64,000 bases of DNA from Trichosphaerium sp. ATCC 40318 (Eukaryota; Protista; Tubulinea), in the NCBI GenBank assembly GCA_038496445.1, contig JALMLS010000354.1, positions 372,001-436,000 on the forward strand. Reading direction: 5' to 3'. Position numbers and translations under genes: made by a program. The notes below the pieces were generated by a model. The model saw nothing but the letters and a program-made list of their open reading frames with translations. It searched no databases and had not been told where the DNA came from. Below, piece after piece: positions 12,623 to 23,521 of the stretch; within the stretch, counting starts at the first letter, position 1, and every line of letters begins with the position of its first letter.

Positions 12623-15600
12623 TTATTGTGAAAAAGCAAAACAAAACTCATTTTTCCTTTTCATGATTGTTGTAAGTTTTTTTTTTCTTGTTTCATACAT
12701 TCTTTGTGTCTCAAGGCGAAATATTAATCTGAGGTCCAATTGAAAAAGTGAAAAAGCTAGCCACAGTATGGGTGCTTCCTTGTAAATCAAATAATATAGT
12801 ATACCTACAGATCCATTAACAAAAAAAGCCAAACTCAATGAAGCAAGAAAACACAAAGCGGTTGCCACTTACTGTGTCCTTGAATAATCAATAGCCAGGC
12901 TTGTTCCAATAGATGTTATTGACCATTGTTGTCTCAAAAGACTACCCTCATCTATAACACCTGTAGCAGCAACCTAAACATTTATCAAACATGAAGTCCA
13001 AAATGACTTTAAATTCAGGATTGTTTTTTCAAGAAATGTCATTCAAGTCTCACCTCAACTTGTGGGCCACTATTAGCTACAATAGTAGGGTTCAATAATA
13101 CTTGACCCAAATCTATTTCAGTCTCAAAAAAGGCTTGAACGCGACCTAACAAAGTTAATTCAAAAAACTTGCAGAAATTTTTTTTTTTGACTCATAATTG
13201 TTAAAATGATTTAAAACTTACCATCTTCAAGTCGTGTCTCATTTAGAATATTCAAAGCAGCTGAATTAAGAGTCAACTGACCAAAAGCATTCATTGATGT
13301 AGGGAAAACAAGACTAAATGGATATTCATGTGTTATTACACCCTCTCCACGTGTTATATCAGTAATATCAATAGGTTGAACCAAGTTAACATAAAGAACA
13401 CCTGTAACTTCAATATTCGTTGATGTGAACTGAGTGACCTTTAAAAACTGTGTTAACACACAAACACAAAGTAATTCAAAAAACCCCAGCTGTACAACAT
13501 CCAGCCAAGGTCAAAAAAAGCCGCCGAAAGCAAGTACTTCGTTGAAAAATAAAAAACTTTTCTCACAATTTTCTTGCTTGGAATCTCCACTAACTATCTA
13601 TTTTTTGTGGAGTTTGATACTCAAGCTTGAGTATAATTTTATGTTAGACGTACTTGAAGAGTATTTCCGTCAGCTGTACATCCAGACAAGTCAAAAAGAC
13701 CAGCTGTCCATTTGTACTCTACTTCAGCGCAATCTGATGAAGAAAGAGACCAAACTCCTCCAGGACCATAAGCAGGGTTTATAGTTGTACCCAAAGCACC
13801 ATCTACTATAGCTGAAGGTTCAGCCTTCCACCTATAAAAATAGAAAAAATGAGCACGAAAAAACTCGATACGCTTCACAAAAAAAAAAGGAATACCAGTC
13901 TTCGAATGCTAGACCATCAAATGTCGAAGCTTCTCTATTCTCACAAGATAAAGGAGTATTGATACTACGTGTGGAAGGATCGAAAGGACTGAATCCAATG
14001 ACATAAGTACCTCCTACCCAGTAAGTACCAACAACAGAGATTTCTATCAAAGAAATAGAAGAACTCTTTGTTATAGAAACTGTAGGTCTTGAAGGAAAGA
14101 CTTGTGGTTGGAATAATAGAGGTGCCAATGCATCTAAAACTCGTCAGATAACTAAAACAAGGCATAAACGAATAAAACGTACCAGGACAAACATCACCAC
14201 AAAAAGGATCCGGATTTCTTGGACAAGCGTCATTTTGGTTTGGTCTTGAGTCTCCATCTATTCAAGAGGAGTTAGAGATGAAGTATACTCGTTATAATAA
14301 GTATAAGTACCTATATCAGGATCACAAACATCACCTATGCCATCACCATCAAGGTCTGCATCGAAAGGATCAAAATTATCAGGACAGCTATCCATGTCAT
14401 TTGGAATGCCTTTCAAAAAAAGTTAAGAAACTTTTTGATCAAAATAAGTCTTTACCATCTCCGTCGCGGTCTAAATCACATACATCACCAACACCGTTTC
14501 TAAATAATTAGTAAATATCAATATTGATACCAAAGTAGCATATTTTTTTGTTAACTTACTGGTCGAGGTCGTTCTGGTTAGCATTCGGAATGGCAACACA
14601 GTTATCCTAAAAACTAAATTAACAATTCCTTATTCCGTTCTCCGCTCGTGTACCATATCGTTTGTTATCCCATCACCATCAATATCGTTGAATATGAAGG
14701 TATCCAATGTAATTGCAAGGTTACTTACAGGTGTGCGTGGCGCAGCTCCAAACAAGGTCTAAAACAAGGATTAACAAAAAACCCTTTTGAACGTATCTCT
14801 TTTGAACTTAATAACGCACAAGAGATCCTTGATACAAACTTGATAACACAGCTGTAGTAGGTGCATTCACATCACCAGCAAAACTGGCTGCTAAAAATGA
14901 AGTACTAGCAGCACCAATAACATCAGCGAATACAAGACTATTAGGGTTGTTTATCGAGCTCCAACTGGCCATAACCAAAGTATCTCCGATAGCCATTGGG
15001 GTTGTTGCCACAATGTCAACATTTGCCAAATTCAAATGACCTGAATTGCCAACAAGAGTACCCTACAAGGTATCATCAGAGCTTAAGTTCAATAACACTA
15101 AGGGTAGAAAAAAATACTCAAAAAGCCGGCTGGTTTTTTGCATTTAAAACTACTGTACCACAGCAAAAAGGTTATTATCACTTGTAGCTGATACTCTTTG
15201 AATATGCACATTCTCCATTGTTTCTCTCCAAAGTTCATCCAAAGTATCAGGTACGATGTTCACAATAATACTTGCTTCAGCCAATTCATTGCCTTTTGAA
15301 AAACAAAATGAGTATTTAAATTTAGGTAAAACAATATCGCACTGTTAACAAGGGCTACTACAGCATTTGACCCGCATGTAACACCAACATAACTACTTCT
15401 TGGACTAGCGAATTGTGCAGACTTTATTGTAGGCAGAGATAAAGTCTAAAGGTTCGTTTTAGATAAAGTCTTCAAATCAATAACAGAACAAGGTCAACTA
15501 TCAAAATAGAAACGTACGAAATCTGTCCTAACCAGAAATGGTTCTTGTAGTGCTGGTGGACCCAAATCACCTTCAACGCTTCCAACAGCGAATATTCTTC

Positions 15601-16737
15601 CACCTTGAATGCAAACATCGCGAAGCTAGAAGTAAATAATTTTCAAAAAATATATGTCTTTGCTTGAACCTACCTCTCTGTTTCCTGCCAACTCATTACT
15701 ATAAACATTTGAAACAGAACCATCTGCAATAGACATTGCTGTCATGAACATATCACGCCTATCACGTGTCAATTTCACGTGTAAAACAAATAATTTAAGA
15801 TTTTATGAAATTAACAAAATCACGTGTCTATCACGTGATATATTTATACTTACCCTCCTTCGCTGGTTACAGGGAATGTACCAATAGTTCCAGATTCTGT
15901 ATAGTATCCGGCTGCAAATATGTCTGTTGTAGTAAGTGCTAAAGCATTAATAGCTCCTTTAACATTAAGCAACATGGTCCATTTGATAGTAGGTGTAGTA
16001 GCTTGTAAATTAGATAATGCAACTACAAGAATACCGGCATTATTTGTAAGAGATGCTATATTCTGACCAAGAGTTTCTTCACGAATAACCTACAAAGACA
16101 ACAATTAATTCAAGAAAAAAAATGGGAGAAAAGGGAAAAATGTATGTTCGTACTGTATTCGAGTCTACTTCAGCTGCAATGAATAACTCATCATTTATCT
16201 CTCCTATGGCCAGGTTGCGCGCTGACGACATGGTAACGACCCATGATCTTTGTTGTGATGATGTTATCTGTAAAAGAGTTTGAGGAGAAGTACAATGACG
16301 CCGAACGTGTACAAAACGATGACTCCAAAGAAAAAATGGAGTTTCGTTTTATCAAACTAAAGAATTTCCAATTGTGCTTACTCTTGTTATAATACCATTG
16401 ACGTCGTTCGCTGAGTTAAATAAGAAAATAATTCGCAAATAAAAAAACGTGCTTACGTGCTGAATTGAGATTTAATGTAGATCCAATAACTACCTGTGCG
16501 GCACCTCTGAACGATCCAATGATGAATGTATCACCTAAAAAGCCATTTAGTTTTAGAATTTTTACAAAACATTTATAACGCGCCTGTTGATGTCGTTACG
16601 CTCTCACCGCCTTGAATTGAACCGTGGATTACATCTTCGCCTCGATTTGCGTGTACTAACATAATTAGCTCAAAGCTTTTACGCCAAAACGCACTGAGAA
16701 GCACTACAGTAATAAAAACGGATAAATATACGCGCAT
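12623..16737 (-). CDS. Large secreted protein with thrombospondin type-3 Ca-binding repeats (3' end uncertain)
   Basis: Signal peptide MRVYLSVFITVVLLSA; beta-rich N-terminal region; TSP3 motifs DNCVAIPNANQNDLD, DRDGDGIPNDMDSCPDNFDPFDADLDGDGIGDVCD. Confidence 0.7.
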
Positions 16738-16975
16738 ATCGACACGACGCGCTGTCAGCTGTCTAACAATTTCGCGTTTAAGATGTTTGGGAGTAGAAAA
16801 TGTGCACTGGAATCAAAAAGTGTAAAAACCATCTTTGCAAGCACTACTGACATAAAATAGTTATTGTAAAGTGAGCAGTCTAAAAAATCTATTAAGGCAG
16901 TTGACGAAACGTTGATCCGGTTTTTAAGCGTATTTTACAATATCAACAGCCGTTAGCGTTGTCTAGCAACCAATA

Positions 16976-18202
16976 ATGAGTAGACGGCGTAAGTGGAGCA
17001 TGAGCGCAAAAACTAAACGACCAAGATCACGTTCATCTGCTGCTGCATTCATGTTCTTGAAAGGTTCGGCCCATTCTTCGCGGATTGCAGTTTTTTTTAG
17101 CTTATTTGCACGCTTTGTTTGTAACAATTCGTTTTATTGCTATATTTTATGCTGTTGTATCTGTTCGACGTTATTATTGCAAAACAATCAAAAACCGACT
17201 AAAGTACGCTACAACTAACTCTTCCTAGAACCTGAACCACCACGTCGTAAATCGATAGGCGCCATCGAAGAAGAAACAAAGTGGTCTGTGCAGGTACTGT
17301 CAAAAACTACCAACTCCACTAGAACAGCCCTCAGCATTTGTAACGACACCCACCTTAACTATTTAAATAGAAGAGTTCGGGAGGAACCAAACAAGCTTGC
17401 AATATGGTCTTCGGTGATGAATCAGTGGCGTTCCTAGACTCAGAAACAGACGTACGTATTAGGAGCTATGTAGATACTAACGCATTCAAAACTTTGCAAC
17501 TACTCACCCAAATCAAGGACCTAATTGAAAAGTACACATACGAACACAGCGATAGGCCAAAATTCATGCGAGGCTTGAACATTGTCAGTTTTATGTATCA
17601 GTCGGTTGCTGACGAAAATGCTTATTGTCGCGTTGTTGTACATACACAGAGCCAACAAGACGTACGTTGTTGCATTAAACAAATTGGTCGGTTTTTTTTT
17701 TTGTTTGCAGTTGTAGACGTCGAAAAAAGATTGAAATTTGGTTACTACTGGCTATGTTGGTGCAAGCTAATGCGATGTTTAGGGAAAAAACGTATTAAAA
17801 GTTTTACAACGCAAATTGGGTTTAGAAGCCGAAGCTGACTTGTTAGATGACAAGGATGTTGAATTGATGACTAGTGCCAGTATGAGTACGTAGTGACTAG
17901 TTTGAAAAAGAACCCTCATTGCTTTGTTTAGTTGTACGCAAGAAGTCTTCTACTAAAACGTCACCACCCCAATCGCCAAAGAAGGGAAATTCTAGAACAC
18001 ATTCACCTTTGTGCAGAACTGCTGTTGAATCCAACTCTCCTTCAGCTGTAAAGTACGCAATTTATTATTGAGTTGTGCGAAAATTGCTTACTTGTTTAGG
18101 AAATCTATTAGTATTGATGACGATCGCAGAAATAGAAGTAGATCTAAGCCACCAATACAACGTAAGACGTTGATGGATGAACTAGACTCCAATAATGCAT
18201 AA
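16976..18202 (+). CDS. Hypothetical protein (basic/Ser-rich ends, helical core)
   Basis: Exons with GT-AG introns that splice in frame; no family recognised. Confidence 0.55.
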
Positions 18203-18480
18203 AAAAAAATACAACGAGTCGTACAGGCTTTCGTTTATTCCTGTTTGACCGTACATATTTCGTGTAAACGACTTGTAAATAATGTTGTAATCAATGTAAA
18301 CGATTGAGTTTATTACGCATTTTGACGGCACATGCCATGAGTTGGTTTTTTTCTTTTGTGTAAATCATTTTTTTTACTGAATTGAGCTGGTCTTCTTTCT
18401 GCGTGTTCTGGTTGGGGTTTTTTCTTATGTACAATATTTCACAGGAGGCGTTTTTTACTTTGTTTTTTTTTTGTTGTCGA

Positions 18481-19502
18481 CTATGCTTTAGATACTTTGT
18501 CTCGGCATTCTGGGCAATACCACGTGCCTTTTATCGGCTCATTTAATCCAACACAGTTAAAATGAAACCATTCAATAGGGCACTAAAGATAAAGTCAACA
18601 GAAAATAGGAAGCTCCATAGCTACGTACATCTGCATTGTCGCAGCCCACCATTCTTCCAAATGATACTTGCCCACAATAACAGTATGTAGGCTCATTAGG
18701 ATCAATTGGCATTTCTTGAGGCAAGGAAGTCAATTTTCCACTACAGACATTCCAGTTAGTACCGCAATCGCTTTGTCACTATATTTATACGTACATCTTC
18801 TGTTTGCCAGGTTTTGGTAAAATATTTTTGCGTTGTTGTCCAAATTTTCCTTTGGCGCGCATCGCCTGCTCAGTCTTTTGCGCTTGTGCCTTTCTCTCTA
18901 TTGACGTAATTTAATAAACAAAAAAAAAAAAAAAGGGCAGCATTCGTTTAGCAAAAATCAAGTAATGTCACAAGAGTATGTAATTGTACACGCGCATACC
19001 CATTGCTAGCTCTGATTCGAATCGTTGTAGGTCCTGATCTAAGCGTCTTATGTGTTTGTCAACCTAAAAGAAATATATTACGAAAAAAGTAATCTCACTA
19101 GCCAAAAAAAAAGTTAAAGTTCGTTTTACCATGTCGTATGTTTGTACAGCGATACTAATCTTTTCGTCACCATACTCCATACACGTATCAAGGTCTTTTC
19201 GGATTTGCGCCAGTGTTGTTTGTGATAAGTGATCTTCCATGTTTCTCTTATTACTTAGCTGGTAGCTTTGTGTATAGCTCTCTATTTTATCCATCAAGTC
19301 TGCGAGATAAGAGTTAATTTGAAAAAAAACCGCTGGAATTGCTATACCCTGTGAGCGATGATCTAGTTCTCCAATGAGAGCAAAATTTCGTTTCAACTCG
19401 CTTGGAAGAGACTGAATGCCTTACATTTATCGTTAATTTTTTTTTTTGTTACATTTGTACGTTAATCGTACTCTGTAAGTAATTCTCAAGGAATGTAGCC
19501 AT
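18481..19502 (-). CDS. ING: ING-family PHD-finger protein (ING4/5-like)
   Basis: [34 protein letters not shown]-domain; [41 protein letters not shown]...WYCPEC. Confidence 0.95.
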
Positions 19503-19724
19503 TATATACGAACTATTAGAGAATTTGAATTTGTGATAAGCTTTTTCGTGTTTATTACGGCCGCCAAGCTATCTGTATTATAGATTAATAGTAGATACAA
19601 CTTGTTTAATCCAACAACAGGCAAAATACAACCCATCAAGAAAGCGTGGGAAATTTTGCCATAAAATAGCCGAACTTTATATCTTGGTGTTAATAAGAAG
19701 CGTAACAAGACGCGGGAGCATCAC

Positions 19725-22700
19725 ATGTCAATGAGTGTAGAAGGAGTGAGCGTGGATGATCTACTACGTGATTTGGACAATGAAGTACCTAACAGTACTA
19801 TATCAAAACAATCTACGAGTATGGACGCCCTAACTGGTGCGTGAAAGCCATTTATGACGAAAACTACGTCTAAAAACTTGCCAAAACGTACGTACTTACT
19901 TTCTTCTTTAGATAATGAATTACTGGGCGAATTAGACTCATTGATGAACATGCAATACAAACAACCAAATTCGCGTACCGAAGGTACGTTTATGACTCAG
20001 AGAGTGGAACTACGGTAGTGGTTACGCTTGAACTACTCCGAACAACCACAAATAGTGTACCGCCATCATAACAATGTTCTTAGCTCCAACGCATGGAGAT
20101 CAGCTTGATAATATACTCGCTGAGTTAGAGACATCTGTTCCTGCTTCTGTGACACCAACAGAACAAACTGATGAAATTGCTTCTGAACTTGATAGTATAG
20201 TAGCGGATTTAAATGCTCCAAACGGAGACGCAAGCAGCTCTAGTTATGATATCTCAATCTTGGATAATCTCATTAATGAATACGACAATGATCCAAGCCA
20301 TACTAAGGTACATAAAACCGTAACTTGCAATGACTGTGCAACAGAAAAAGTTTTTACAACTTTTTTGAAAATCAAACTCTTGACTTCCAGGCGCCATCAG
20401 TCTTTTTTTTTTTTGAGCTTGAGGATGACTGAACCTTGTTATAGGAACCTATAGATGATATGGATAATTTACTAGAGGACCTGATGCTCGATGCACCAAC
20501 AACAAAGAAAACAAGAAAATCTAAAAAAAAATCACGTGATAAGCCTAAAAAACATAAGAAAAAGAGATCAAGATCACGTACTAGAAGTAGTGTTGTAGAG
20601 AAGGTAGAACGTCTTGATTTACCAAAAACAATACCTGAAAGGATGCCTGAGATCGATAATTTAACACTGGAGCAAGATGTGATTGCTGTAACAGCTGCGT
20701 TTAGCCCTAGATCCCCTCGACTGAAGATCAATTACAAGCAGCCGGAAATCAAAGCAGAAAATATAAGGGTTGTTTCTAGCAGGCAACTCAGTGTTCCGTC
20801 ACTTGATGAAGCTCTTGCTGAACCTGAAATAACAAGGTCTGCTGTTGTAACAATCCCTGCTGTTCGTCAAGAACGTCAAGTAGAACCTGCAACAGTATAC
20901 GCACCAAGCGTTACTCGTGCTTCAGTATCAGAGAAAAAGCGTGTAAAGTCTGGACTCTTTGGAGTCTCTAGGCGTGCATCTGACCCTGAACCGATGAAAA
21001 AGCCTGCAGTAGTACCAAAACCTACGGTAATACGCCGGGGAGGATATGTTGCTCCTGGAACTGGACTGGGACCTTCTCAGGTGCGTGCAGAATGCTTTTT
21101 TCAGGGTCTTTTTACCACTCCTACCTATTCACATTTTTCTCTTTTGCTCAACTCTGCATGTAGCTCAATCGTGATGAGCTATTGGGAACATTAAAGAGAG
21201 CATTAGATCGTATTGATGCACCAAGTACGTTAAAATAGTAAGGAGTTCTAGTAATGACGTCTGCTAGCTTTCAGATTATCTGAGTTTGATGATATGGCTG
21301 AATTTATGAAACTTGTTGCATCAGATGTCAAGTTTATGCTAATGTACTGCGATGAAAGGCAATACCGCAATGTTATGCTTAAAAGGGCACTTGATTTCGC
21401 ACAATTTGTTGGCTCTTTTGTCGAGATAATTGTTCGCTTTATGAATCATGTTGTTGATAACTTGTCGCTATTTTTCAATGTCAAAGCAAAGAATCGATTA
21501 TTGGATCTCTGTGGGAATGTTGTTCCTTTATTCATAAAGTACATTGAATTCATGGATCGTGTTGCAGATTTAGATACCATAGAAGAGCGTGAGACAAGGA
21601 GTACGCGTTTTTTTTATTATTTTTTTTTCACTATTTTTTGTTCTTTCCATTATGACTTTACTTGTGTTCTTACTTGTATCTTTTTAGGAGCAGAGTTTTC
21701 TTTACTAGTTTCACAGATACCACAAGGCCTTACTCAAGTTCTCAAGATGATCAAAGAATCGTTTTATGAGCAAAACGGTGTACGTCTCAAAACTCTAGGC
21801 ACTTTCACTTCTTTTTTCATCAACACAAGTTTGTTTGTGTACTTACCTTAGTGCCTAGATTCGTCGATTATGCGGCAATGCCGGTGTAAACGGTACTACG
21901 AGAGAAGTAGTATCTGCTCTTGTTGGAGGACTCATGAGTCAAATGCGTGTTGCTTTGAATGTACGTTTGAGCTAAAGAGTTGTGCTTCAAACTGATAATA
22001 ATCCCAAATAGACAACAGAAGAAGAAGAAATATCAAAGCCTTATTCACCACCTTCGAAACACAGAGAAGCAATAGTAATATACCAAGAGCGTGTTTACTC
22101 TTTAGTATCAGAGTTTAAGGTACTACTCGAGTAGTGGTTTTTTTTTTCTTTTCTGTTCTTTACTGACAAGTGTACTATAGCGCTCTCCGATGGATTATGT
22201 TAAGTTTATGCATGCTTTTATAGCTATTGTTAGATTTAGTAGAATTCTATTGAAATTTTTCCCTTCAGTTGGTGACAGCATTCATAAGCTTTGTGATGAC
22301 TTGGGTGTACATTGTATTGATGTTATTTCAAGCGCAGCAGAGGGTAATATATCTGCATTTAAGAATGCAGCTGTTGGTGTTGCCAGAGCTCTTCAGGCCC
22401 TTGATAGGTACGCATTCATTCAACTTTAGTACAGACTAGGCAGTTTTTTTTACTGATCTTTTTAGGCTTGTGAATGATGCTTATGATGCAAATGAACGTA
22501 ATAACGCTATGCTAAATGCCTCAGCAAATCAATCATGTACGTTAAGATAATCATTATACGCTATCTGACATATTGCTCTTCAAGCTGTTAATACAGATAT
22601 AATTCTAACTGCTGAGAGCCCTCATTCTTCTTGGGTTGTTCAACGAATACTCGTACGTTAAAACATGCTCTACTTTGTTTTGAAGCATGAGTCGGAATGC

Positions 22701-23283
22701 ATGTGTTTTAATAATCCTTCCTTTAGGGTAGTTGGACTGAAACAAGATGTGGTGGTTGTAGAGCTAATATTCCTACTTTTAAAGAGAACCCAGAGATACT
22801 CGTAATAAGCGAAGTATCTGTTGAAGCAAAGGTTGTCCTTATTAATAAGACAAATCAACCTGTGTTACCTGGTATAGGGTTTTATATATTTCCAGCGAGC
22901 TGTACGTATACATACAATAACACAGGCGATGTAATCATCTGACACTATTTTTGATTAGCACGTACTTTACAAAGAATTGAGTTTATGGGATTTGAGTCTA
23001 CAGAGTTTAAACCTGACACTTATGTCGGGAAAATGACTAAATTCGAGGCTAATAAGCCTTATGTCATTGTACCTTGTACATATAAAAAAGGAGTACAGGT
23101 GAGATATCCACAAATCAAACAACAAACTACTTTTTTTGATTCAGAAAAAAAAAATTCTGATCACTTTTTTTTTTGTTGTTCGATTTCACGTTGTTTATTA
23201 CTCACTTTTTTTATAATTAGGGTGATTTCGAGGTAGCCATATTTAGTAGTGGTGTCATCAAAGAAGTTAAAGCAAAGTTCTAG
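19725..23283 (+). CDS. LD-motif-rich protein with helical-bundle core and C-terminal calpain domain III (C2-like) region
   Basis: Repeated LDxLLxxL-like motifs in the N-terminus; C-terminal IGFYIF...YVIVPCTYKKGVQGDFEVAIFS resembles calpain_III. Confidence 0.6.
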
Positions 23284-23521
23284 TGATTGACTTTATGTCA
23301 CACGTTGTATTTTAACTAAATTTATTTATTTTCACCAATGTGTTCTATCACATAATCTTCGAGTTATGACTGTCCCTTAGTGCATAGCATATTTTGTCTA
23401 TCGAGCGTGATTTTGCATTATTGCTCTTCGTAAATACCGTTAAACATGAATATTGGCGTGTGCAGTTAAGTGTTGTTCTCAGAACATTTGTTTGTGAAAC
23501 TAACTGGCGAATGTGTCACGT

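Noticed and set aside
12730-12868. Hydrophobic ORF suggesting a C-terminal TM anchor for the TSP3 protein
   Set aside because: It starts immediately inside a GTAAGT donor at ~12871 and is most likely T-rich intron sequence.
20372-20731. Antisense ORFs overlapping real exons (also 29232-29495, 29942-30280, 57792-58205)
   Set aside because: Shadow frames of coding exons with no independent support.
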